Shown one piece after another: positions 1 through 13,241 of a stretch of DNA of 64,000 bases. Position 1 is the stretch's first letter. Each line of letters starts with the position of its first letter. The notes under the pieces were generated by a model, which saw only the letters and a list, made by a program, of their open reading frames with translations, was not told where the DNA came from and did not search any database. Position numbers and translations under genes: made by a program. Origin of the DNA: Octopus sinensis. Taxonomy: Eukaryota. The stretch is taken from contig NC_043002.1 of assembly GCF_006345805.1 (NCBI RefSeq), positions 53,134,001 through 53,198,000 of the forward strand, given 5' to 3'.

Positions 1-1549
1 AGAATTATACACAAAGATCTTTAAAAATGCATTCTAGAACTGTGAATTCTTAACAAAATTATAGACAGCAAAGTTTGTTATAAATGCCATGAAGTGAGTT
101 TTTGAAAACTTGTTAATTAATTCAACAAGATTTTTAACATTTGCATCTGACAGGTCTGAATCAATGCCACCAGCTGGCATAAACTTGAAAGAGTTAAACG
201 ATCTAATAATCTTCTACTTTGTGGTTAGAGTAATTTGTTTTCTGTTTACCAATTGCTAATCAATTTATAACAAACACTGTATTTTTCTTTTATCTATTTG
301 TACTTACAGTAAATTTTTAGACCATTAGTATCAGACTTTAAGCACAGAAACCATCAAGAGTCTTAAAAATGTTGTACATTGATGATCTGGTCATTTATGC
401 AGTTTCGCTGTCAAGTCACCTGTCACCTAGTTTATATAGGAATTGTTAGGGTGAAACATTTGCTTTAAGCAAAAATGAGGTTTAAACATGAAACCAAATG
501 ATAAAATCAGCTGTCACATACAAGCTGTTACATACTTTTCTAAACCGATCAACACATGTTTGACCCACGGCAGTTTTGAAGGTCTTGTTCATATATTTCA
601 AAACTACCACCCAGATTTGTACCTGTGTTTTACTTTACCAGGGCCTGCACCTTCATACAGCTTCCATTACAGTACTTGCAAAGGCTTTGAATCATGTACA
701 AAGCTCACAAAACAACAGCTTGCATCTCCTGATAAGCTTTTAACAATTCAATCTATCTTTTGACCTAAGCTATTCAGTTCTTGCTTTTGTACTCAGCTTA
801 TTATAAAAGCCAAAAGAACTCAGTTTCTTATGCAAAGAACAGCACAGATGTATCTCCTTTCAATATTTAGATCAACATAGACAAAATATTCAGTATTCAG
901 AGATGCGCACACATGCACACACACACACCATCATCGTTATTCATAAAAATTTCCTAATGAAGTAAAATGAAGAAAAAAACTTCAACATTAATCAGATGAC
1001 TAATTCTGAAAGCAGGCAACTTAGATAAGGAAAACAATTCCAATTTACAACTTTTAAATAGTTCTTATCTTCACACACACAATTAAGGAATACAAAAAAT
1101 ACAAAAACTTTTAAAAGTAAATTCAGCAATACAAAATCATTACTTTGTCAATATTAACCAAATCCAAACAAAACAAATTTAATTCAATAGAAATGGCTCA
1201 AGTTTCTTTTGTTTAAGTTCAAAATTTGTGAATGCAATTTAGTCAAAACATTACCAAAATTAATGCAAAATAATGTCTCTAATCTAAACACAAGGACAGA
1301 GCTAAAAGGAGGGATAGTCAATTAGAATGATTCCACTACCTCCAGTATTTTACTGAGCTTAAAAGATTGAAAAGCAAAGTAGCTAGGTGTAATTTGAACT
1401 CAGGATGTAAAGGACCACAACTAAATACCAGAATACATTTGTTCAATGTTCTAATAATTCTGCCAATCCTTGCAGCGTTTAAAGGAATTCAATGTTATAA
1501 CCATAGAATTTAGAAGACTACAAGATTCTTTGAAGTTTATAAAAATAAA

Positions 1550-1780
1550 ATCATCATCATCATTTAAACATCCTCTTTTCCATGTTTACACAGTCAGATG
1601 GAATTTGTTGAAGCAGGTTTTACTGCAGCCAGATGCCCTTCCTGTCAACAAACCTCACCTGTTTTGAATAAAAATAACATTTTTCCATGACCAGACATTT
1701 TCATATAAGATTGCAAATTAAGTACACTCGTATGAAGAAGACATTCATTTACAACTATTATGCGATGTCAAGGTAAGGAA
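1550..1780 (-). mobile_element. (GAT)n-tailed retroposon fragment (family F)
   Basis: Begins (CAT)n-TTTAAACATCC..TTTCCATG, the reverse complement of the family F 3' end. Confidence 0.6.
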
Positions 1781-1789
1781 ACAGCACCA

Positions 1790-1972
1790 CATATATATAT
1801 ACGCACACACAATGGGCTTCTTTCAGTTTCCATCAATCAAATCCACTCTGAAGGCTTTGGCTAGCATGGAGTTATAGCAGAAGACACTTAACCAATGAGC
1901 TACACAGTGGGCTTGAACCCAGAACCATGTGGTGAGGAAGCAAGCTTCTTACTACACAGCCACACCTGAGCG
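1790..1972 (-). mobile_element. tRNA-derived SINE family B, 5' half
   Basis: Reverse complement of GGCTGTGTAGTAAG..GGGTTCAAGCCCACTG..GGAAACTGAAAGAAGCC. Confidence 0.7.
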
Positions 1973-2377
1973 ACACAATGTCTTTGAAAATTGTATTGTT
2001 TTCTGAAACATTTGACTTGAGGCAATGTGAAGTGTTATGAAAGAATATCTCAGTAAACTACATTTGTTGTCATACACTTGACACGGCTTCTACTTGGAAA
2101 GGGTTTTATCAATCATTTCATTCCTTATTGCGCGTGCTCTAGAAAGAGATACATAAAATTGTTGGCAAAAAAATATGGTGTATGTTAATGCTCTAAAAAA
2201 TTCGTGAATTACTGTACTACATCCTTAATTTCATATCAGATAAATATCAACATAAGACTGAACTTGAATCCATAGTCCTAGTGAATGAAGTTCTCCCCTA
2301 CCCCTTCCTACTCAGTAATGGATTCTAAAATATCTATATCATATATATATATATAGATGTAGATATATATAACTGTG

Positions 2378-2535
2378 AGGTGGCAGATGTTAGGAAGGGT
2401 ATCCAGCTTTAAAAATCATGCCAAAACAGACACAAGAGCTTGGTGTAGTCTTCTACCTGGCCAGATCCTGTCAAACCATCTAGCCTATGCTGGCATGGAA
2501 GGTGGATGTTAAGCAATGATGATGATGATGATGAC
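2378..2535 (+). mobile_element. (GAT)n-tailed retroposon 3' fragment (family F)
   Basis: GTTAGGAAGGG.ATCCAGC ... ATGCTGGCATGGAA..GGATGTTAA..(GAT)n, shared with 7.9, 26.1 and 28.8 kb. Confidence 0.7.
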
Positions 2536-5035
2536 ATGTATATATAGCACACATAAACTTTTAAGTATTTATTTATCAGTCTATGAATCTTACAAATAAT
2601 AAAAAAAGTTATTTCCTTCTGAAAATGTAACATACAAGCACATATGACAAGCAGAATGATAATATAGATTTGATCTGATTTTAGAAATAGTTCATTTCCT
2701 TTCTATGTCAAGCTGAAATAATGACATAACTAGGTCTGACCATCTGTTTTTAAATTTTGAAATAGACGTAGTCGAAGATCTCAAAATTTCAGATTGAATT
2801 TCTGACATCTTGATATTTAAAAACAGTCTTAATTTTGTTGTGTGTGTGTGTGTGTGTGTGTGATAGAGAGGGAGGGGGAGAAAAATAAGAAGCATTCAAA
2901 TGTAACTTAGATATTTCCCTTATAAACTGATTTTTTTTTTCCTCCTGACAGCTACGACCTATGAAAAGAATGAACTTCACTAATTCATATACCATGCTCT
3001 AAGTCTTCAGTTCCACACCAGTGTGAAAAAGATATACATTCAGCTACGGACCCAATAAGTGACACCAGATGCCCCCCCCCCGCCCCCACCCCCTCATCTG
3101 CTAGAACTAATAACTAAATCTCTCAAATCATACTGCACCATGTTGGAAAGAAAGAAGAAAAATAAAAAGAAAGAAAAATTTCATTACATTATGCAAAATA
3201 TGTTATTCTGCAGAAGGACAGATATTAACAGCTGGAACGTCTCAGAGTCTGCTTGATAGAAGCTGACCTAGAGCTAAACAACAAAGTCACTTAAATAAGA
3301 TCATACAAGCTTTGATTTTGAATGTTTGTAAGGAACAGAGCCTGGAGTTCTCTTGAGGGCACTGATTAATCACTAACAGGAAAAAACTAAACAGACAGAT
3401 TTTCTGCAGATGATAACTGCTTTCCTAATTACTGTTTGCATATTCTTGTCATGAAAATTCATTTCGAACATGACAGATTCATGATGGGCAAACTTTGATG
3501 TAATTTTAGTAAAATGCTTATGATATCAATAGTAGTTTCGTCTGGTCTGAGATATATCTACTTATTCTGATTTTTTAAATTCCTTTTACTGGTTTAAGTG
3601 GCTGGACTGTGGCCATGCTGGTGCACAGCCTTACAGCATCAATACTTACTTTATCTTGACGAGTTATTTCATTGACCTCAGAAAGATAAAAAGCAAAGTT
3701 GAGCTGAGCAGGATTTGAACTCAGAACATAAAGGAACATAACCAAATATATGATATGTTACTCACTATATTATCATTGACCTCAGAAAGATGAAAAGGAA
3801 AGTTGAGCCGAGCAGGATTTGAACTCAGAACATAAAGGAACATAACCAAATATATGCTATGTTACTCACTACACTATCATTCTTCTACTTATCATTGTAC
3901 ACGATACAGTGTAATGCTCAGGAAAGAGTGTCTGTGATGCTGCAGCCTGTCTTTTTTAGAAAAGAAAATTTGATCTCAAAGATGTTAATAACCAAACCTA
4001 ATTGTATACTATATAACCACATGTGTTAGAAACTCCAGTATTAAATTATGTTTTACGTTGTGTGTTGTTTACAGTTAAGCTGGATTGAATACGTGCTGTC
4101 AGGTGTGAAACAACAACTGAAGATCTATGAGGCTGAAAACTAATATGATCTGTTCAGTTATGTTGCCACAACTGTACCCATGCAACTGACACTGCTAAGA
4201 AAGGAGTCTCTAGGTGGTCACTAGACTTGCTAGAAAAAGCAGAAAAAAAATCTCCAAAAATCACACCCTACTTACTTGAAAAAAGAACAAAAGAAATGGA
4301 ACGACACATTAGATAATGAAATCTTGGACACACAAAGAGACAAGATGGTCATTTTAAGTGGGAGATTTTACCTATGACTAATCAAATATGACCTTCATTT
4401 TCTAGATAGGATACCATTTAATGAAGATATGGCTACTGTTTCTAACAACTGAAGTCACTATGCAGAAGCTCTCTCATTGAGTAACTATAAAAAGGTTTGC
4501 TATTTGGTATATAATTAAATCAGTAGATAATACATAACAGTTCCAACACAAAAATGAGAAAAAGGAAGTTGGAATTAAGAAATAAGTTATATATATATAT
4601 TTCCTGTTACATTAAGAAGTGGTGTATGGTACAAGAATTTTTGACTTGAGTCAAATATAACAAACTACACCAAATCATTGTTAGAGTATCTGTGTAAGTG
4701 GAGTCAGGGCTGGCTTGTTTGTACTGGCATTGAGTCAATATAAGTTGTAATAATGAAGTCAAACCAAATAGTGATATGTTGAAATCATTTAATGTTATGT
4801 TTCGGGTCTATATAAGAGGAAATGCTTCAATTACATAAGAACTTCCTCAGTTAAAATTTCAGAATGTTTTGAAACCTATCAATCAAGAAAGATCTTATGT
4901 AATGGATGCATTTCCTCTTATATATTACACAGACCTGAAGTGTATGTGTTAAGTAATTTCTTTAGTTTAACTTCATTATTATAATTTCCATCCTTCCATC
5001 CGTGTGTGTGTATGTGTATATATATATATATATAT

Positions 5036-5067
<32 letters not shown>

Positions 5068-5077
<10 letters not shown>

Positions 5078-5505
5078 AACTTTTCAAAGTTTGAAACATC
5101 AAGCATATATAGAATGAAGATATCTAGTGTAGATTTCTTAGCAGGAAAGTGTATAATTAGATATTTAATATTCTATTATCATTGCAAAATGCATTCTATT
5201 TCATTAAAATTATTGATTAGAAAACCAAAATTCTACCACAATATTTTGAATAAGTTACTTTAGTTTGCTAAGGTAAGAAATTATTATTCATTACATATTA
5301 AATTCTCAAGGATTATGAATTAACAACATTGCCTCTTAACAGTCCATGCATATATATTCTCTCCTTGTTTTTTCTGTGTCCCTTTCTGTAGAAGAGCGTA
5401 GGCTCGAAACGTAAAAGACTTTTTCTATTCCTGAGCGTTATACTAATACATCTGTTTGTTTTGTACACCACCTGTCTTTGTCTTGTTTTTTTTTTCGTAA
5501 ACTCT

Positions 5506-5541
<36 letters not shown>

Positions 5542-5756
5542 AAAAGCAATAATTCTCTGAACGAGGTATATATATATATATATATATATATCTTTGCTAG
5601 ATTTTTATTTAGGATATAACCAATTTATCAACTTTTACACAAAAAAAACAAACAACAATAGTTTAGTGTAGCAGTTGAATTACATAGAGTATGTTATAAT
5701 GGGCATAGATCAATGGAGATATGTTTATGTGTGTGTATCTATCTAGCTATCTATCT

Positions 5757-5798
<42 letters not shown>

Positions 5799-5837
5799 CT
5801 GCAATTTAACTATGCATGCACTTATGTGTGTACATAC

Positions 5838-5879
<42 letters not shown>

Positions 5880-6307
5880 AACTTTTCAAAGTTTGAAACA
5901 TCAAGCATATATAGAATGAAGATATCTAGTGTAGATTTCTTAGCAGGAAAGTGTATAATTAGATATTTAATATTCTATTATCATTGCAAAATGCATTCTA
6001 TTTCATTAAAATTATTGATTAGAAAACCAAAATTCTACCACAATATTTTGAATAAGTTACTTTAGTTTGCTAAGGTAAGAAATTATTATTCATTACATAT
6101 TAAATTCTCAAGGATTATGAATTAACAACATTGCCTCTTAACAGTCCATGCATATATATTCTCTCCTTGTTTTTTCTGTGTCCCTTTCTGTAGAAGAGCG
6201 TAGGCTCGAAACGTAAAAGACTTTTTCTATTCCTGAGCGTTATACTAATACATCTGTTTGTTTTGTACACCACCTGTCTTTGTCTTGTTTTTTTTTTCGT
6301 AAACTCT

Positions 6308-6347
<40 letters not shown>

Positions 6348-6562
6348 AAAAGCAATAATTCTCTGAACGAGGTATATATATATATATATATATATATCTT
6401 TGCTAGATTTTTATTTAGGATATAACCAATTTATCAACTTTTACACAAAAAAAACAAACAACAATAGTTTAGTGTAGCAGTTGAATTACATAGAGTATGT
6501 TATAATGGGCATAGATCAATGGAGATATGTTTATGTGTGTGTATCTATCTAGCTATCTATCT

Positions 6563-6602
<40 letters not shown>

Positions 6603-6660
6603 CTGCAATTTAACTATGCATGCACTTATGTGTGTACATACATATATATACATATATACA
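5068..6660. repeat. Tandem duplication, 802-bp period, near-identical copies
   Basis: TTTTCAAAGTTTG at 5081 and 5883. Copies differ essentially only in (TA)n lengths. Confidence 0.95.
5350..5510 (+). mobile_element. Penelope-like pseudo-LTR fragment with a hammerhead-like motif (second copy ~6152-6312)
   Basis: CTGTAGA-A-GAGC-GTAG-GCTC-GAAA-CG-TA-AAAG within a T-rich pLTR-like tract. Confidence 0.55.
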
Positions 6661-6751
6661 TCATCATCATTAAATGATAATGATGATGATGTATATATGT
6701 ATGTATATGTATGTACACACATAAGTGCATGCATAGTTAAATTGCAGGACT
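6599..6751. repeat. Fold-back inverted repeat: 73-bp stem (1 mismatch), 7-nt loop
   Basis: 6599-6671 is the reverse complement of 6679-6751; loop AAATGAT. Confidence 0.95.
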
Positions 6752-7052
6752 GTACATGTTTCACTATATATGTTGTCAGATTGTTCTTTGGTATTTTCCT
6801 GATTTAAAAATAAAATAAAAATCTTTCAAGTTAACAAGTTATATTTGACAGCAATTTCTTCAATATTGTATTGCTGGTGTCATTACTGAAGTAATTTTGA
6901 CTGACTGAGGAGATGTAGACTTGTAAGTAAGATGAATGTGTAAACTAATTTCAGTTCCTGGTTGCAACCATTTACTTTTATTTATTCATGTCTCTCATTC
7001 CCTTGAAAGAAACGACATAAACATCACTGTCAATTCATTTCAATCCTAAGCA

Positions 7053-7425
7053 CAGGCAGGGCTCTGTGGTTAAGAAAAGAAACTCACTTGGCAACCATGT
7101 GGCTTCGGGTTCAATCCCAATGCATGGCACCTTAGGCAAGTTTTTCTATTTTAGCTCTGGGTCAATTTATAAATTGCGAGTGAATTCAGTAGACAGAAAT
7201 TGTGTGGAAGCCCATCATGTGTATATGTGTGTACATCTGTCTTTCTGTCTGTTTGTCACTGCCCATCAGTTGGTTTGTTTAAGCAAGCAGTTTGGCAAAA
7301 GAAGCCAATAGAATAAGTACCAGACTTAAAAAGGAAAAAAAAAAACCTAAAGTACAAGGGTCAAATGTGTTCAACTAAAACCCTTTAAAGTGGTGCCCCA
7401 GCATGGCCACAAAGATATGATAAAA
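7053..7425 (+). mobile_element. SINE family B (diverged)
   Basis: tRNA-like head, GCACCTTAGGCAAG core, internal TA/TG microsatellite, AGAATAAGTAC 3' part. Confidence 0.75.
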
Positions 7426-7844
7426 TGTAAAAGACCCTATATATTACAAGGTTTGAGATATTACATAAGCTTTATGTGTTGCAATTAAAGAATACATGAA
7501 TTCTTAATGTATTAACATCATTATACTAAATCATTAGTGTTCAATTTACTACTAAGTTTACTGCTCTCCGTTAATTAACTGATGATGTAACACTAAATTA
7601 AGATTTGGCTTCACCATTTCAGTTTTGGACTGTAATATATTGCCTTGGTTTTTCAACAGGCATTAACTCTAAATGGCTAGAAGTCAGGAAGAAATTCGTC
7701 TTGTCAAATGTGCTTTTCTGATACTTGTTTCTCACATATACAAAGTCAGTGCAGTTACCTTGATTTAATATTTTATTATTGATATGTAGTACATTGATGT
7801 ACTTGAGAAGACCTGCCCATCACAACAGAATTGAGATCCTAAAA

Positions 7845-8080
7845 CCAAGGTGCCACATAAAAAGTATTGGTGTGGGTATTAGTGCCACATAAAAAGCACT
7901 GGTGCTCATGCCATGTAAAAAGCACCGAGTACACTGTAAAGTGGTTGGCATTAGGAAGGACATCCAGCCATAGAAACCAAGCAAAAAGAGACTATGGAAC
8001 CTGCTGCAGGCCCTGACTTTGCCAGTTCCTGTCAAGCTGTCCAACCTATGTTAAACGAACGTTAAATGTTGATGATGATA
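7845..8080 (+). mobile_element. (GAT)n-tailed retroposon (family F)
   Basis: AAAAGCACC..TACACTGTAAAGTGGTTGGCATTAGGAAGG ... CGTTAAATGTTGATGATGAT. Confidence 0.75.
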
Positions 8081-8730
8081 TAACAAAATCCATCACACCT
8101 GCCTCAAATTAATGTGACACCAGGCAGCTTGACAAAATGGTCCATAGCTTATTGCTACTGATGTATTGCGTTATGGTTAAGATACATAGTGTATCCACTT
8201 TCTCATTCTTTCTCACATATTCTTCTCACTAGCAGTATTAATGAGAATTGAACCCATTGGAAATTATGCTGGAATAACAACCCATCCATTATCAACTATA
8301 GAAGATTGATCAGGTTTTTGAGCAGAACACCAATCACACCCATCCCTACCAGTTTCAATGATTCTGCAACAATCATAGGTACTGCTTTTCCTCCTGATTG
8401 ATCTTGAAAAACAAAAAAAAAACAAAAAAAAACAAACAAACAAAGATTGCATGTCTCACTTCATTGCTATATCCTCTTAGAATGTTACCTGGAAGTAGTG
8501 TTCCATTTATGAGGTGTATTATGTGTAGTAACTCCAGCAAATAAGGAATGTTAGCCTATTGCCAGTCAGTTCTGAGGCTCTTGAAGTCTAATGAGACAAT
8601 CTCTCAGAATGGTTAATTCTCAATAAATGTTTTCAGAATCTAACCTGTTTTACTCATCAAGCTGCTTACATTTTCAAAATTACAACTAATTACACTGTAA
8701 TTATTTCTTTTTTATTAATTATTATATGTG

Positions 8731-9085
8731 CAGGCATGGCTATGTGGTTAAGAATCTGGCTTGGCAACAACATGGATTTGGGTTCAGTCCCACTGCATGA
8801 TACTATGAGCAAATGTCTTTTACTGTAGCCCCTGGCGAACCTATGTCTTGCGAGTGAATTTAATAGATGGAAATTGTGTGTGTGTGTGTGTGTGTGAGAG
8901 TGTCTGTATTTATCCTCCTCCACTTGACAACCGATGTTGGTTTGTTTATGTCTGTAATCGAGCAATTCAGCAAAAGTGACCACTACAAGTGTTAGGCTTT
9001 GAAAACAAAAAAAGTACTGGGGTTGATATGTACAGCAAAACCCTCCAAAGTGGTACCCCCAGCATGGCTAAAGTAATAGAAAGAC
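8731..9085 (+). mobile_element. SINE family B (diverged)
   Basis: Same head, core, microsatellite and 3' architecture as the other B copies. Confidence 0.75.
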
Positions 9086-10230
9086 AAAAATAGCCAAACT
9101 ACAAACAAATAGGAACTGATTTAGAATTTAACCCATTTTTTTTTTTACTGCACCTAACTACACTGCCATTGTGCTTCTTACAAGTTACAAACTTATGAAA
9201 ACTGGCAATAAAGGAATTAGTCAACAAGACTGAAATTACTTCCTAAATTGGTTCATTGACATTGTTTCAAGTTAAAGAAGAATTAAGCTAGCTGAAGAAT
9301 CAAGGAAATACATAAGATTGCGAATCAGAAAAAGCACACTTGTCTCAATTTGGTATTATTCACGAGTTAATTAATAGAGTAGCAACATAGGCAATAAAAT
9401 GAGCACTAATTGTTTGACATAATAAGGTTAGCATTTCATTAAGTGTTCAAGTTTTATCAAGTCTTGCAACTATTGTGTAAATGCTTAAAAAGAGAAAGAG
9501 AAACCAACAACTACAAAAATCTCTAAGCAACATTAAAAATGCAATATGGTGCTTTTTGTAATCATCAGACTTGGAACATTTTTCTCATATCTTTTTTTAT
9601 TTTCTCCTTTTTTTTTTTCTGGTGCAAAGCAAATTTAAAAATTCTCTTTGAACCATATTAATCAATCAAAGACATGTTAGCTTCCAATAGGTAAATTCAT
9701 TAGACATTCTTCTTAATTGAGTTTTTTTTTTTTCTTTAAGTGTTATTATCAACACTGTGAACAAATGGCTAACATACTAGCTATTTGCAAGTTATTTCTC
9801 TTATTTTAGGGACCCACTTGTGCCCCACAGTAAAGTTGATGTCAGATTGAAACTGATAGCTAAATTTCTTAGATGTAAAAAAAAAAAACAAGGAAAGAAA
9901 AAACACTCAGTTCAGTAATTAGATAAAATCTATTCAACTCAGAATCATTACTTTCCAGCCCAACAAAAAAAAAAAAAAAAAAAACAGAAAAAAAGGGTTG
10001 GTTTTTTTTTTGTGAAGGAAAAACCTCATTTTTTTTTTCTTTTTGTCTTTTTATATTTCTTTCATATATTTTTCTTGAAACTATATATCATAGCTGATAA
10101 AGCCTTAATTAAACAGAATAATTTATATCACACTGCAAGAAACCATGCTGTTCTTGCTATTGTTACAAGCAGTTTTATGGAAATACTGAGGACTGATGAC
10201 CTTGAAATATTGTACTTACTGCTGCTGCTG

Positions 10231-10261
<31 letters not shown>

Positions 10262-10286
10262 TGTGGAAGATTGGCAGAAGCATTTA

Positions 10287-10519
10287 AGGTGGCGAGCTGG
10301 CAGAAACGTTAACACGCCAGGTGAAATGCTTAGCGATATTTCGTCTGCTGCTACATTCTGAGTTCAAATTCTGCCGAGGTCAACTTTGCCTTTCATCCTT
10401 TCAGGATCAATAAATTAAGTACCAGTTATGCACTGAGGTTGATGTAATCAACTTAATCCTTTTGTCTGTCCTTGTTTCTCCCCTCTATGTTTAGCCCTTT
10501 GTAGGCAATAAAGAAATAA
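10287..10519 (+). mobile_element. tRNA-derived SINE family A, full length
   Basis: GGCGAGCTGGCAGAAACG head, B-box-like GAGTTCAAATTC, central GCCTTTCATCCTTTC..ATAAATTAAGTACCAG, tail AGCCC.TTGT.GGCAATAAAGAAATA. Confidence 0.85.
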
Positions 10520-10626
10520 TAAGCATTATAAGGTGTAGCTTTATAGTATTTCATCTAGCTCCTTATATTCTGAGTAGAACTCCCACAAAGGTCAACTTTA
10601 TCTTTCATCCCAATGGAGGTCAATAA

Positions 10627-12256
10627 TAAAAAAAAAAACACAAGTTCTAAGGTCAGTCAAGTCAATGGGCTAACTTGGTGTTAGACAGCAGCGACATAAC
10701 AGTAAGTCGAAAATATCACTTTTGTGTCTTGCATTTTCTTTGGAACATTTTCTCAAGAGGAATTATGCGCAATTAGATGAGATGACTTTCTTGTTGGTGA
10801 CAGGTATCCATATTGCAAATGATAAACAACCAAACCCACCTCAGTAAGAGTTGAACTCAGAAACTTGGTCATTTGAACTAAATGCTGAAATGCACCATAT
10901 TTGGATTTGGTCAAACCCCTCCCACCTTCGAAATAAATTAGAAATAATATTGTTGCTGAAAAAAGAAAAAAAATGTAAAAGCAAACAAGCTCTGTGCAGA
11001 GATTAAAAAAAAAAAAAAGGGTGCTCCACTTGAAACCATCATCATACACGGAAAGGCAATAACAACCAGGAATGTTTGAGTAGCATTGCTAAAGTGTGAA
11101 CGGATGTCTGCTGCTAATAAGCAGGCTGTAGTTGAAAAGCTGTAAAAACATCTTATTAATAAGCTAGAAGCTAAATCTCAGGTCTATACTCAGGTGGAAA
11201 TCACTTCGATAAGATAACAAGTTTACCCTCAACTACTTCAGATATTCATTTAGGAGGAAATAAAAAGCCAACAATAAAGAATGATGAGCCTGTTTCTAGA
11301 CCACACCTACAGGTCAGGTAAGTTAAACAGTGATATGCTGACGAAGCTAAACTAGCTTTCCATACCGTAAGAAATTAACATTCTAAATGTCTGCTCATGT
11401 ATAGTGGCTGATGCACCAATAGAATTATTTCCAGACCAATAAAAAAAAAAAAAAACACAAGTTCTAAGGTCAGTCAAGTCAATGGGCTAACTTGGTGTTA
11501 GACAGCAGCGACATAACAGTAAGTCGAAAATATCACTTTTGTGTCTTGCATTTTCTTTGGAACATTTTCTCAAGAGGAATTATGCGCAATTAGATGAGAT
11601 GACTTTCTTGTTGGTGACAGGTATCCATATTGCAAATGATAAACAACCAAACCCACCTCAGTAAGAGTTGAACTCAGAAACTTGGTCATTTGAACTAAAT
11701 GCTGAAATGCACCATATTTGGATTTGGTCAAACCCCTCCCACCTTCGAAATAAATTAGAAATAATATTGTTGCTGAAAAAAGAAAAAAAATGTAAAAGCA
11801 AACAAGCTCTGTGCAGAGATTAAAAAAAAAAAAAGGGTGCTCCACTTGAAACCATCATCATACACGGAAAGGCAATAACAACCAGGAATGTTTGAGTAGC
11901 ATTGCTAAAGTGTGAACGGATGTCTGCTGCTAATAAGCAGGCTGTAGTTGAAAAGCTGTAAAAACATCTTATTAATAAGCTAGAAGCTAAATCTCAGGTC
12001 TATACTCAGGTGGAAATCACTTCGATAAGATAACAAGTTTACCCTCAACTACTTCAGATATTCATTTAGGAGGAAATAAAAAGCCAACAATAAAGAATGA
12101 TGAGCCTGTTTCTAGACCACACCTACAGGTCAGGTAAGTTAAACAGTGATATGCTGACGAAGCTAAACTAGCTTTCCATACCGTAAGAAATTAACATTCT
12201 AAATGTCTGCTCATGTATAGTGGCTGATGCACCAATAGAATTATTTCCAGACCAAT
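10627..12256. repeat. Tandem duplication, 816-817-bp period, near-identical copies bounded by poly(A)
   Basis: CAAGTTCTAAGG at 10641 and 11458; CCAGACCAAT at 11431 and 12247. The only difference seen is one poly(A) length. Confidence 0.95.
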
Positions 12257-12561
12257 AAAAAAAAAACAAAAAAACAAGTATTAATAAATATTCCCAGAAT
12301 CTATTCAATTGAAAATGGATATATTAAAAATATTAACATGTCTATCACATTGAAAACATATAACATGATAATTTAATGTGGAATATTTAGAAATAATGTA
12401 TGAACGAAATTAAAGGAAAATAAATCAAATTAAAATACAAATGAGAATGAAAACAAACAAAAATAACTGAAAATAAATAACTGCAAATGAGTTGTGTAAT
12501 TCGCTCAAGATGAAAATAACTCTCTCTCTCTCTCTCTTTCTATATATATACATACCTACAT

Positions 12562-12593
<32 letters not shown>

Positions 12594-13011
12594 CTGCAGT
12601 ACTTACTGCAATATATTGTGGAAGAGATGGAAGTGAATTCTTGTGATACTTTATTAAACAGATAAGGTTGTACATAAACTGAAGAAAGAATAGAAAAATA
12701 GAAAGAAAAAAAATGAATTTTGCAATCAATCTTAAGATAGAGAAAGAATTCAGCACAGTTAAGAAAACACTTAAGAGTAGGTGATATTAGTACACTGTAT
12801 ATAGAACAAAAAACAAAAAAAACACAGAACTGGAATCTACTCTTTCTTTGCACAAAGGTTTTCATGGCAAGTATGTATATCTTTATAAAACCAGTGAAGC
12901 CACAAATCACAAACAAAATTATGATGTTTACACCTTATACCAAAGAAAATATCGGATACATTTTGGAATTTGATCCTACCACAAAGACTGAATAATCATG
13001 ATCAATTTTAA

Positions 13012-13241
13012 CCCTTTAGTGTTTAAACCGGCCATATCCGGCTCAAATATTCTATATGTTTTATATTCAAACTGGCGATATCTAGCCTTTCACACCTAAC
13101 CTACATTAACACTCTAAAAATAAATAGTGACATTATTGAAACCTTAAAGCTATAAGATAATGCATGGTTAATTCAAGTTGATGATGATGAATTTGAATGA
13201 AGAAGTATTACATTTAACAGAATAATTTAAACATTAAAGGG
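13012..13241. mobile_element. piggyBac-type MITE, 230 bp
   Basis: TTAA target duplications (13008-13011, 13242-13245); 16-bp TIRs CCCTTTAGTGTTTAAA / TTTAAACATTAAAGGG. Confidence 0.85.

Noticed and set aside
3669-3877. 104-bp tandem duplication
   Set aside because: Real, but just a local duplication of a decayed SINE-A fragment; not repeat-spacer or CRISPR-like.
8264-8452. Minus-strand Cys-containing ORF behind a T-rich tract, in a frame compatible with the phase-2 NCX donor
   Set aside because: No similarity to CBD2 or any domain I recognise; the tract is an A-rich simple repeat. Only junction reads could revive it.
9560-9610. Minus-strand peptide RYEKNV resembling NCX EYEKN
   Set aside because: Flanked by poly-Lys from A-runs; no DDEE and no splice acceptor.
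12425-12916. 163-aa hydrophobic ORF
   Set aside because: Composition is driven by T-rich and microsatellite sequence, and the paralogous segment at 16.1 kb does not keep the frame.
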